A DNA stretch of 64,000 bases from Cenarchaeum sp. GTDB taxonomy: Archaea; Thermoproteota; Nitrososphaeria; Nitrososphaerales; Nitrosopumilaceae. The DNA lies in NCBI GenBank assembly GCA_965242695.1, contig CBDESU010000001.1, positions 1,088,001-1,152,000 of the forward strand, written 5' to 3'. The translations under genes and the position numbers were made by a program. A model generated the notes under the pieces. It saw only the letters and a list, made by a program, of their open reading frames with translations, did no database searches and was not told where the DNA came from. Positions 49,815-59,355 of this stretch are shown here, in pieces (position 1 is the first letter of the stretch; each line of letters begins with the position of its first letter).

Positions 49815-50790
49815 TGGCCGGCATCGATGCGGCGGGCGCCGAAATAGGCGCGTACAAATTCACTGTCAAGGCAATACTCTGCATCGAGAGGGCCTTTGGG
49901 GATCTCGCCGGCGCGAGGCTCCGCCAAGGCCCCAGGATGCGCATGCCGGACGGCTCGGTCGTCACCCCCGACATGACCCTCGAGGCGCGGGGCGGGCCCG
50001 GCGGCGCAGGCTACCGCGCAGTCGGCGAGGTCAAGTCGTCGTTCCCGCGGCACGCGGCGGCCGTCGATCGGATGGCCGGGCAGGTGCGGCGCTACGACGG
50101 CGAGCTTGCAGGGTGGGAGTACGAGGCGGCGGGCGGCGGCGGGCGGCCTAGCGACCACGACATTCTAATCTGCGTCAGGGCCAGGCATGCGCCCGACTTT
50201 GCCGCCGGACTCCCCGCAGCCCTCGGGAAGGGGGAGCGGAAATCAAAAGCCCGCTCTCGATCATAGGGATCGAGCGCAGCAGGGCCAACGGCAACGGCAA
50301 GGAGCTGCTCCTGAAGAGACATTCAGGGGCAATATCGCACAAGAGGGCGCACGATGCGCTCGGAAGTGGCTGGTCGATCGACGCGCGCGCCCTGGCCGAC
50401 GAACTCGGCGGCACAAAGTTCTACGACTCGAGGCCGCCCCTGCCGTACATCATGTCCGTGCTGTGGATATACGTGATCCCAAGGCTGGCGCACGGCAAAA
50501 AGCTCAAAAAGATCCGCGCGAATTCGGAAGTCCAGATCGATGTCGATGTCGACAGGATACACCGCCTGGCATCAAAGCTTGCGCACCCGTCAAACCCGGG
50601 GTGCGTCAAGAGGGCGTGGATAGTAGACGCGATGGAGGGGCTTGTCAGTGCAGGCCTGGCGAAAAGGACGGGCCCCGACAGGTACCGCATTCGCTATTCG
50701 GCGCTCGAGCCGCGGGCGGCAGGGTGGCTCGCAGCGGCATCGGCGGCCGCCGGGGGCGGCCCAGGCGGCCCCGAAGAGGACCTGGAATAG
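49814..50790 (+). pseudogene. PD-(D/E)xK nuclease-like protein with C-terminal winged-helix-like segment, copy 1 (G6>G5 frameshift at about 50230)
   Basis: VTPDMTLE...VGEVKSS motif; C-terminus DAMEGLVSAGLAKRTGPDRYRI; one G missing relative to copy 2. Confidence 0.6.
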
Positions 50791-51442
50791 CGCATCGGCG
50801 GCTGCGCGCGGCGGTGCGCCCCGTTCCGGCTGCGCCCAGGCCCCAGAACTTTGATGTGCAGGCCCGCGGGCTGCGCCACAATGACCCGCACGGCTGGCCG
50901 CGCGGGCGCGGCGCGCGGCCTCTTCGGGCGTGCCGGACAAGGCCCGAGGGGGCGGATCGCAGGGGCGGCTGCGCGGCCCCTTCCCCCTCCCTAGCCAAGC
51001 CGCAGGGCCGTGCAGGGGACGCGGCGGCGCCCGGTCAGGCGTCAAGCCCTCGCCGCGGCGCCCCCGAGCGGGTGCAAAAACTGCAGGCCGCTTCCGCTCG
51101 ATCTCGGCGGTTTTTTTTTTTGCGGTCCCGACGCCCCGCCGGCCGCGCGAAAGGGATGCTCCGGTTCGGCATGGCCGGCGAGCGGCCCAGCGGGGGCGGC
51201 CCGGGAGCGGAAGCCGGATGCACTCCTAATGCCCGCGTGTTTTGCGCCAGGTCGATCCCGGGTCAGGGCGCCGCAGCCTCCCCCGTCTTCGCCCTGCGCG
51301 GCCGCGCCGCGATCGGCCGCTCCCTGCGCGGCCGCGCGGCTCGCCCGGTCCCCAAAGATGCCCCCATGGCCGCATGGCCGCCTAGGATTGAACGGCGCCC
51401 TGTCCGCGAGTAGTTTATAATGCCCTCCCCGCACCCAGCCTC

Positions 51443-52528
51443 GTGGCAGAACAGGAGTACGAGGAGCTGCTGTACGAGAGGGGTGGGAGGCTGCAGGGCC
51501 TTGCCAGGGCGGCCGACGCGGCGGCCTCTGCGGGCGGCGCGACGATCAGCGTGGCGGTGATCCACTCGCGCAGGTATCCGGCTAGGGAGATATGCGAGTG
51601 GGCCCCGGATGGCAACATGCGCCCCGGCGTGTCCCTCAGGAACGGCAAGGCTGTGCTGACGCTCAACGGAAGGGGCCGGCGGCCCGTCCGCGTCGCGATC
51701 GTGAGGAGCGGCGGGCAGCCCGACGTGTACTATGCTCTGAGCGACTGCCCTCCCGCAGACTTCAAGGCGCGGTTCGTCTCGCTGCTCGACGACCATATCC
51801 CGACGATTTCGAGGGCGCACCTCTCGAACGCAGAGATGCGCAGCATCGTGGGGGCAGCCGCAGGGGGCCGCAACGTCCGGGTCGGGCTCGTGTCGACCCG
51901 CACCCGGCGCTCCGATCCCGAAAAGTGCGACTTGCGCACGGATCGCGTCGACATGACGGCCGGGGAGTTCGCAGGCGCGGGCGACGAGGAGGGCAGCGAG
52001 ATCACGGCCGTGGAGCTGGCCTGCGGGCCGGCCAATGGGGCCGGCGGCGGCGGCGCGGCCGGATCCCCCGGGATGCTGACAGTGACCAGGGACTGCCGCT
52101 TTGAGGCAAGGCGCGGGACGGGCGTCCTGTTCGGCGCCGCGCTCCCGCGTGCCGCAGACCTGGCGGCCGGCAGGGCGGAAAAGCTGCGGGCGATCTCTGG
52201 GACGGCGGGCCGGCGCACTCCCGACTCGCTGATCGTGAGGTTCAAGGGGCGCGTGTTTGCCGACGACAGCAAGAACCGCGCCCGCATCGACGCGATCGGA
52301 TCCATGCCGCTCGTAGGGCTCGTCGACTGGCACAGGGATCCGTTCATACACATAGCGCTGGCAGACTACGGCGACTGCTCGACGTACGGCATCCTGGCGG
52401 TGGCCAGCGACGAGCTCGTGATCATACCCAGGTTCTCTGCAACCGGCGCGTCCATGTCGAGGCTGCTCAACCACGTAATGGAAAAGTTCGGCGACGCTGC
52501 GATCGAAATGCACGACGGTGGATCGTAG
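51443..52528 (+). CDS. Hypothetical protein (361 aa), copy 2
   Basis: TTTATAA at about 51414; duplicate of 48729. Confidence 0.75.
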   Translation: MAEQEYEELLYERGGRLQGLARAADAAASAGGATISVAVIHSRRYPAREICEWAPDGNMRPGVSLRNGKAVLTLNGRGRRPVRVAIVRSGGQPDVYYALSDCPPADFKARFVSLLDDHIPTISRAHLSNAEMRSIVGAAAGGRNVRVGLVSTRTRRSDPEKCDLRTDRVDMTAGEFAGAGDEEGSEITAVELACGPANGAGGGGAAGSPGMLTVTRDCRFEARRGTGVLFGAALPRAADLAAGRAEKLRAISGTAGRRTPDSLIVRFKGRVFADDSKNRARIDAIGSMPLVGLVDWHRDPFIHIALADYGDCSTYGILAVASDELVIIPRFSATGASMSRLLNHVMEKFGDAAIEMHDGGS

Positions 52529-53814
52529 TGGCCGGCATCGATGCGGCGGGCGCCGAAATAGGCGCGTACATGTTTACCGTTGAGGCAATACTCTGCATCG
52601 AGAGGGCCTTTGGGGATCTCGCCGGCGCGAGGCTCCGCCAAGGCCCCAGGATGCGCATGCCGGACGGCTCGGTCGTCACCCCCGACATGACCCTCGAGTC
52701 GAGTCCCGGTCACGGCGGCGCAGGCTACCGCGCAGTCGGCGAGGTCAAGGCGTCGTTCCCGCGGCACGCGGCTGCCGTCGATCAGATGGCCAGACAGGTG
52801 CGGCGCTACGGCGGCTGGCTTGCAGGGTGGGAGGACGAGGCGGCGGGCGGCGGTGGGCGGCTCGGCGACCACGACGTTCTAATCTGCGTCAGGGCCAGGC
52901 ATGCGCCCGACTTTGCCGCCGGACTCCCCGCAGCCCTCGGGAAGGGGGGAGCGGAAATCAAAAGCCCGCTCTCGATCATAGGGATCGAGCGCAGCAGGGC
53001 CAACGGCAGCGGCAAGTTCCACTTGAAGAGACATTCAGGGGCAATATCGCACAAGAGGGCGCACGATGCGCTCGGAAGTGGCTGGTCGATCGACGCGCGC
53101 GCCCTGGCCGACGAACTCGGCGGCACAAAGTTCTACGACTCGAGGCCGCCCCTGCCGTACATCATGTCCGTGCTGTGGATCTACGTGTTCCCCAGCCTCG
53201 TGCACGGCAAAAAGCTCAAAAAGGTCCGCATGAACGCGGAAGTGCGGATCGATGCCGATGTCGACAGGATACACCGCCTGGCATCAAAGCTTGCGCACCC
53301 GTCAAACCCGGGGTGCGTCAAGAGGGCGTGGATATGGGACGCGATGGAGGGGCTCGAGGAGGCCGGCCTGGCAGAAAAGACGGGAGAGGGCAGGTACAGC
53401 ATCCGCTATTCGCCGCTTGAGCCGAGGGCGGCAGGGTGGCTCGCGGGGGCGGCTGCGCGCCGCCGAGGGCGGCCTGGACGGCGCAGGGGGAAGCGCGGAA
53501 TAGCGCATCGCGGCCGGCGGCGGCCAAGGCGCCGCGCTCCGCTCCGGCTGCGCCCGGGCCCCGGAACCTTGATGCGCAGGCCCGCGGGCTGCGCCACAAC
53601 GACCCGCGCGGCGCGCGGCCTCTTCGGGCGTGCCGGGCAAGGCCCGAAGGTCGGATGTAGGGCGGCTGCGCGCCGCCGTGGCCCGTCAAGGCAGGCGGCG
53701 GCGGATCGCAGGGGCGGCTGCGCGGCCCCTCACCCCTCCCCAGCCAAGCCGCAGGGACGCGCGTGGGGCGCGGGGGCGCCCGGCCCGGCGTCAAGCCCCA
53801 GCCACTCCCCGTAA
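52528..53814 (+). CDS. PD-(D/E)xK nuclease-like protein, copy 2 (homology ends about 53503; tail is frameshift read-through)
   Basis: PDMTLE...GEVKASF; a 2-nt loss near 53455 takes the ancestral TAG (53501-53503) out of frame. Confidence 0.6.
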   Translation: MAGIDAAGAEIGAYMFTVEAILCIERAFGDLAGARLRQGPRMRMPDGSVVTPDMTLESSPGHGGAGYRAVGEVKASFPRHAAAVDQMARQVRRYGGWLAGWEDEAAGGGGRLGDHDVLICVRARHAPDFAAGLPAALGKGGAEIKSPLSIIGIERSRANGSGKFHLKRHSGAISHKRAHDALGSGWSIDARALADELGGTKFYDSRPPLPYIMSVLWIYVFPSLVHGKKLKKVRMNAEVRIDADVDRIHRLASKLAHPSNPGCVKRAWIWDAMEGLEEAGLAEKTGEGRYSIRYSPLEPRAAGWLAGAAARRRGRPGRRRGKRGIAHRGRRRPRRRAPLRLRPGPGTLMRRPAGCATTTRAARGLFGRAGQGPKVGCRAAARRRGPSRQAAADRRGGCAAPHPSPAKPQGRAWGAGAPGPASSPSHSP

Positions 53815-53847
53815 AGGCACAAAAGGGACCGCGTCGGCGAATGCCGC

Positions 53848-54135
53848 ATGGACAGGATCGCCGGCCCGGGCACCCCGCCCGTGCCCCCTGCCGGCAGGCG
53901 CGCGCCCGGCCCTGCGCAGCCTGCCGGCGCCTCCGGAGGGAGGGGCCGCGCAGGCGCGCGCCGACGACCGGCAGGCAGGCAGCTCCGGCGCACGAGCCGT
54001 GCCGGCCGCGGCGCGCACGAGGCCGAGCGCCTGCGCAGGCGCATCGACGACATAGAGTCTGGCAGGACGAAGATGACATTCTACACCCTTGGCGAGTACA
54101 TGCGCCACCTGGACAGGGTTTGGGGCGGACGGTGA
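53848..54135 (+). CDS. Orphan antitoxin-like protein
   Basis: ERLRRRIDDIESGRTKMTFYTLGEYMRHLDRVW is nearly identical to the C-terminus of 58701..59021; no toxin follows. Confidence 0.5.
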   Translation: MDRIAGPGTPPVPPAGRRAPGPAQPAGASGGRGRAGARRRPAGRQLRRTSRAGRGAHEAERLRRRIDDIESGRTKMTFYTLGEYMRHLDRVWGGR

Positions 54136-54219
54136 CTCCGCGCAGTGCCGCCGCGCCAGGCGCGGCGGCGGATCCGAGGGCGGCGGGGGCGCGGCCGCAT
54201 GCCTTGCGCCGATCTTTCC

Positions 54220-54951
54220 CTACGGCATCTTTGCGAGCATGCGGTTCTGCGTCTCCAAGAGGCTGCCCAGCGTGTCGCCGATCTTGATCAGCGCCTCGCC
54301 CATCTGGTTCTGCTTCTCGAGCATCCGGGTCTGGGCCTCAAGCAGCCTGTCCTGCTTCTCGAGCATCTGCCCGATGTCGCCCCTCAGGCCCCCGATGTCG
54401 CCCCTCAGGCCCCCGATGTCGCCCCTCAGATCTCCTATGGCCTCGCGCGTCTTGTCGCCGTTCTCGCGTATGGCATCCCCGATGGCCTCGCGCGTCTTGT
54501 CGCCGTTCTCGCGTATGGCATCCCCGATGGCCTCGCGCGTCTTGTCGCCGTTCTCGCGTATGGCATCCCCGATGGCCTCGCGCGTCTTGTCGCCGTTCTC
54601 GCGTATGGCATCCCCGATGGCCTCGCGCGTCTTGTCGCCGTTCTCGCGTATGGCATCCCCGATGGCCTCGCGCGTCTTGTCGCCGTTCTCGCGTATGGCA
54701 TCCCCGATGGCCTCGCGCGTCTTGTCGCCGTTCTCGCGTATGGCATCCTTGATGTCCTGCGCAATGTCCTGCGTCGTAAAGGACTCGATCGTGCCGGCGA
54801 GTTCTGCCGCGAATAGCCTCAGTCTGACGCCACTGGTGATGACATGCGTCGCAATGGACATGACGATGTCTGCGATCCCTGTCAATATAAGTGCCAAGCC
54901 CGATGTCGACGTGACTTCAGAACGCCATCCGAGGCCCGCGGTGGCCTGCAC
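54220..54951 (-). CDS. Repeat/coiled-coil membrane protein, partial tandem copy
   Basis: Hydrophobic segment, 7 x 15-aa (45-bp) DAIRENGDKTREAIG repeats, heptad tail ending NRMLAKMP; start uncertain. Confidence 0.55.
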   Translation of the reverse strand: MQATAGLGWRSEVTSTSGLALILTGIADIVMSIATHVITSGVRLRLFAAELAGTIESFTTQDIAQDIKDAIRENGDKTREAIGDAIRENGDKTREAIGDAIRENGDKTREAIGDAIRENGDKTREAIGDAIRENGDKTREAIGDAIRENGDKTREAIGDAIRENGDKTREAIGDLRGDIGGLRGDIGGLRGDIGQMLEKQDRLLEAQTRMLEKQNQMGEALIKIGDTLGSLLETQNRMLAKMP

Positions 54952-54959
54952 GCATCCTC

Positions 54960-55540
54960 TTACGGCATCTTTGCGAGCATGCGGTTCTGCGTCTCCAAGA
55001 GGCTGCCCAGCGTGTCGCCGATCCTGATCAGCGCCTTGCCCGTCTGGTCATGCTTCTCGAGCATCTGTGTCTGGATCTCGAGCATCCTGTCCTGCTTCTC
55101 GAGCATCTGCCCGATGTCGCCCCTCAGATCCCCTATGGCCTCGCGCGTCTTGTCGCCGTCGTCGCTGATGGCCTTCCCTATGGCCTCGCGCGTCTTGTCG
55201 CCGTCGTCGCTGATGGCCTTGCGCGTCTTGTCGCCGTCGTCGCTGATGGCCTTGCGCGTCTTGTCGCCGTCGTCGCTGATGGCCTTCCCTATGGCCTCGC
55301 GCGTCTTGTCGCCGTTCTCGCGCATGGCATCCTTGATGTCCTGCGCAATGTCCTGCGTCGTAAAGGACTCGATCGTGCCGGCGATTTCTGCCGCGAATAG
55401 CCTCAGTCTGACGCCACTGGTGATGACATGCGTCGCAATGGACATGACGATGTCTGCGATCCCTGTCAATATAAGTGCCAAGCCCGATGTCGACGTGGCT
55501 TCAGAACGCCATCCGAGGCCTGCGGTGGCCTGCGCGCATC
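54960..55540 (-). CDS. Repeat/coiled-coil membrane protein, partial tandem copy
   Basis: Same architecture with KAISDDGDKTR repeats; no clear start codon, so it may be a pseudogene. Confidence 0.5.
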
Positions 55541-55543
55541 CTC

Positions 55544-56545
55544 TTACGGCATCTTTGCGAGCATGCGGTTCTGCGTCTCCAAGAGGCTGCCCAGCGTGTC
55601 GCCGATCTTTATCAGCGCCTCGCCCATCTGGTTCTGCTTCTCGAGCATCTGTGTCTGGGTCTCGAGCATCCTGTCCTGCTTCTCGAGCATCTGCCCGATG
55701 TCGCCCCTCAGATCCCCTATGGCCTCGCGCGTCTTGTCGCCGTCGTCGCTGATGGCCTTCCCTATGGCCTCGCGCGTCTTGTCGCCGTCGTCGCTGATGG
55801 CCTTCCCTATGGCCTCGCGCGTCTTGTCGCCGTCGTCGCTGATGGCCTTGCGCGTCTTGTCGCCGTCGTCGCTGATGGCCTTCCCTATGGCCTCGCGCGT
55901 CTTGTCGCCGTCGTCGCTGATGGCGTCCCTGATGCCCTGCGAGACATCCTGCGTCGTAAAGGACATGACGATGCCCACGAACCCTATCAATATAAATGCG
56001 ATCCCCTCGCCGATCAGCATGTACCCTAGGCCCGCGTTGATGGGACTCCAGAACAGCACCGGTAGGCCGACGGCGATCATGCAGATGCCCGTCACGGCTA
56101 TCATCAGGTGCACCAGGTTTTGGCGGCGCACGACGGCCTGCCACGTGCTCCTGGGCGGCGTTCCGGCCGGCCCCTCGGCCGCCTTGCCGCCGGCCGGCCC
56201 CTCGGCCGCCTTGCCGCCGGCGGGGCCCTCGGCCGCCTTGCCGCCGGCGGGGCCCTCGGCCGCCTTGCCGCCGGCGGGGCCCTCGGCCGCCTTGCCGCCG
56301 GCGGGGCCCTCGGCCGCCTTGCCGCCGGCGGGGCCCTCGGCCTTGTCGGCCTGGCTATCGGCCGCCTTGCCGCCGGCGGGGCCCTCGGCCTCGTCGGCCT
56401 GGCTATCGGCCGCCTTGCCGCCGGCGGGGCCCTCGGCCTCGTCGGCCTGGCTATCGGCCGCCTTGCCGCCGGCGGGGCCCTCGGCCTCGTCGGCCTGGCT
56501 ATCGGCCGCCTTGCCGCCCGGCCGGCCGTCTTTTTCATCCTTCAA
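55544..56545 (-). CDS. Two-TM protein with N-terminal AEGPAGGKA repeats and C-terminal 11/15-aa repeats and coiled coil
   Basis: 333 aa; TTATATAC box about 25-29 nt upstream; two hydrophobic helices. Confidence 0.75.
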   Translation of the reverse strand: MKDEKDGRPGGKAADSQADEAEGPAGGKAADSQADEAEGPAGGKAADSQADEAEGPAGGKAADSQADKAEGPAGGKAAEGPAGGKAAEGPAGGKAAEGPAGGKAAEGPAGGKAAEGPAGGKAAEGPAGTPPRSTWQAVVRRQNLVHLMIAVTGICMIAVGLPVLFWSPINAGLGYMLIGEGIAFILIGFVGIVMSFTTQDVSQGIRDAISDDGDKTREAIGKAISDDGDKTRKAISDDGDKTREAIGKAISDDGDKTREAIGKAISDDGDKTREAIGDLRGDIGQMLEKQDRMLETQTQMLEKQNQMGEALIKIGDTLGSLLETQNRMLAKMP

Positions 56546-57046
56546 CGAAGCTACCGTATTTGATTTGTATATAACTTATTGCTGTATCGCGGCGCCTCCG
56601 GGCAAAATTGGGCTCCCAGGACCGGCAGCAGGCCCCCTCCGGTGCGCCGCCCCCAACCGCGGCCTAGCGTTCCGGCACCGGCGCGCCTGGAGGGGCGCAG
56701 GGCGGGCGGCGGCCCTGCAGTACGGAGAGCCCGCGAGGGAGCCGGCGGCGGCCGAAAGTGCGCCCAGACCGCAGCGGCGGGGCCCTGTGGCGGCGGCGGC
56801 GGCCGATCTCGATGCGTCTGCGGCCGTAGAAAAGGCCGCGGCGCCCCCGCGCCCGCAGGACGGCAAGGCGCGGCGCCTGCCACATCCCGCAGGCCGCCGC
56901 GCGGGCGCTGCCGGCCCGGCCGATCCCAGAGGCCGCAGGAGCGCCTGCGGTGGGCCGTGTGTCCGGCGCCCCCTGCGCGCGGCGCGGCCGCGCGCCGCGC
57001 CGAATTCCCCGCATGGGCCGGGCCGCCTTGCGCGGCGCGCTGCCGC

Positions 57047-57544
57047 CTAGCGGCGCGAAGTGGGCCGGCCGGCCTGGGCGCCTTGGCCCGCCGGCCGCGG
57101 AACGGCTCTGCCGCCGGCCCGCCCGCGCCGCGCCCCGCGCACGCGGCGAACCGGGAGCGCCGCCGGCGCCGCGCCGGCCAGAGCAAGCGCCGCGGCGGCG
57201 AGTGCGGCCGCATCAGTCCAGCCGGCATCCTGCCCGTCCACCGCCTGCGCGGCCGCCTGCAGTGCCGCAAGCGGCGGGGCGAGCAAAATGCGCGCCATGT
57301 CGCGGACGGCCGCATTCTCGCGCGCCATGTCAGCCGCGGCGGGCGAGGCCGCATAGTACGCCGAGCTGAGGGCGGCCATGAGCTGGGCGCCGGCTGGCGA
57401 CCCGAGCACGGCGCCGTCGCGCAGCTCGCGCAGCGCCTGCACCTGCGGGGCAAGCTCGGTCCCGTACGCGGCCGTCGCGATCAGGCAGCCGCCCTGCGCC
57501 ATCTCTCGCTCAAGGACAGGCGCGGCCTGGCTGGACAGGGCCAC
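57047..57544 (-). pseudogene. Isolated CFI-box-CTERM anchor fragment
   Basis: GGCLIATAAYGTELAPQVQALRELRD plus TM and basic tail, near-identical to the 3' end of the 59356 gene. Confidence 0.65.
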
Positions 57545-58057
57545 CTACGCCGCCGGCGGCCGCCCTGCGCAATCCCGAGCCTCCACGTCGTATAGGGGGC
57601 GCCCCATCGGGCGTCAGTACGCCTCCAGCGGCCGCGCCTGCGCCATCCAGAGCCTGTCGGAGGCGTTCATCGCGATGCGGACGCCTCCGCCGCCGCCGCC
57701 TCCAGCGGCCGCGCCTGCGCCATCCGCACCGCCGCCGCCGGCTGCGGGGGCGCATCCGCAAGCGGCTCCCCGTCCGCGGCCACCCTGCCTACCCCCCTTG
57801 GAACGGACCGCCGCCGCGCGCCCCTGTACGCCGGGCAGGGCGCGTGGGAGGGCGTGGCCCGGCAGGACGGCGGTACCGCAGGAGTCGGAGGCACCGTGCC
57901 GGACAGTCCACGCCGCACGACGACAGGCAGGCGTCGACGAAGGGTGGCATGCCAAGCCGCCGTCACCACCCATCCTCAGCCTGCCGGTGCCGCATCGCCC
58001 CTTCTACGCCCTTCGCGCCAGTGAAGGTATATAAGCCACCACATCGGCGCAGAGAGC

Positions 58058-58708
58058 GTGAACGGGATTGCCAGTCCTGGCATCGCACTGACGTTCCAGT
58101 CCAGCTACCGGACGTTCAGCCCCGCGCAGTTTGTCGCCGCCTTCAGCGGAAAGGGGTTTACCGAGACCCATGTCAGCGCCCAGATATCCATCAACCCCGG
58201 CGCGCAGCCCGTGCCGACCACCATGTACTCCAAGGGCAGCCTGCTTGTCTTCCTAAACGACGGCGAGCATACCGTCCAGTTCCACATACTGAACACGCTG
58301 AGTGCAAAGGATCATATGGGCGATGTCATGGACATTCTGGGATCTCTCAATTTCGGGCCCCCGTCAATCGCAAATATGATGGTCGGGGTTACGGCCACCG
58401 TCAAGACCGACCAGTCGCCGGTTTCCGGGCTGACGGGCCTTGTAGAGCGGCGGCTTGTCGACCGAATCCAGAAGGTGCACGGGGAGAACGGCAGCGTCGC
58501 AGTGACGTCGATACGGCTTGGCCTGGTTCGCAGCCGCGACGAGTCCCTAACAGTCACTGTCGAGCCTTTTGGGAACGACCCCGAGGGATCCTACTACGTC
58601 GACGTCAGATATGCGACCAAGACGGTCGACAAGTTCAACATCTTTATGGAAAAAATCGGCGAAGAGATGTTTCACGATATAGTCGCAGGGGTGAAAAACA
58701 GTGGCTGA
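58058..58708 (+). CDS. Hypothetical protein (216 aa)
   Basis: Lower-GC ORF; TATATAA about 28 nt upstream; overlaps the next gene. Confidence 0.75.
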   Translation: MNGIASPGIALTFQSSYRTFSPAQFVAAFSGKGFTETHVSAQISINPGAQPVPTTMYSKGSLLVFLNDGEHTVQFHILNTLSAKDHMGDVMDILGSLNFGPPSIANMMVGVTATVKTDQSPVSGLTGLVERRLVDRIQKVHGENGSVAVTSIRLGLVRSRDESLTVTVEPFGNDPEGSYYVDVRYATKTVDKFNIFMEKIGEEMFHDIVAGVKNSG

Positions 58709-59021
58709 GACGGCTGCCTTGGAGGGCTGCGGGGGGAGCCCTGCCCGGCCCGCGCCCTGCCACTATGATGCTGCGCGCGATCTGTTTTTCCGCTGCATCG
58801 AGGAGCGCCTCTACGGCGCGGCGGACAACAGCATGCGGCGGCAGAGCCCCGTCTTCCCCAACCCCCCAATCAGGATGCCCGCCGACGGCGACGGCGACGA
58901 TGCTCTCGCCGTAGAGCGCCTGCGGAAGCGCATCGACGACATAGAATCGGGCAGGGCCAAGATGACGTTTTATACCCTTGACGAGTACATGCGCCACTTG
59001 GACAAAATTTGGAGTGGCTAG
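58701..59021 (+). CDS. Putative antitoxin
   Basis: Small ORF overlapping and upstream of a RelE-like toxin. Confidence 0.6.
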   Translation: MAETAALEGCGGSPARPAPCHYDAARDLFFRCIEERLYGAADNSMRRQSPVFPNPPIRMPADGDGDDALAVERLRKRIDDIESGRAKMTFYTLDEYMRHLDKIWSG

Positions 59022-59302
59022 GGATCTTGTGGGAAATCGGCGTTGATAAGGTCATCTTGAGGAAACTGGCCAAGCTCGATTCGAACAGCGCGGCCGCCAA
59101 GGGATACCGAGAGGCGGTAGCGAACCTGGCACAAGCCAACGACCCTGCAAGGCTAGGCGAGTGCAAGCACGGGCCGCTGCGCCACCTGCACAGCTACAGG
59201 ATAACAAGGTCGCTCCGCCTGCTGTACTCTATAGACCGCCGCAGGAACGCAATCGTCCTGGTCGATCTTGACGATCGCAAGAATGTCTACGGCAGGGACT
59301 GA
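59009..59302 (+). CDS. RelE/ParE-superfamily toxin
   Basis: 97 aa: KLAKLD...DPARLGECKHGPLRHLHSYRI...RLLYSID...IVLVDLDDRKNVY. Confidence 0.75.
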   Translation: MEWLGILWEIGVDKVILRKLAKLDSNSAAAKGYREAVANLAQANDPARLGECKHGPLRHLHSYRITRSLRLLYSIDRRRNAIVLVDLDDRKNVYGRD

Positions 59303-59355
59303 TCGGTGGCCGCTTTTTGCGCGCGGCTCAGCAGAGCATCGCGGCGCGCCGCCGC

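Noticed and set aside
49598-52404. DGR-like variable/template repeat pair
   Set aside because: Differences are not adenine-specific and no reverse transcriptase was recognised.
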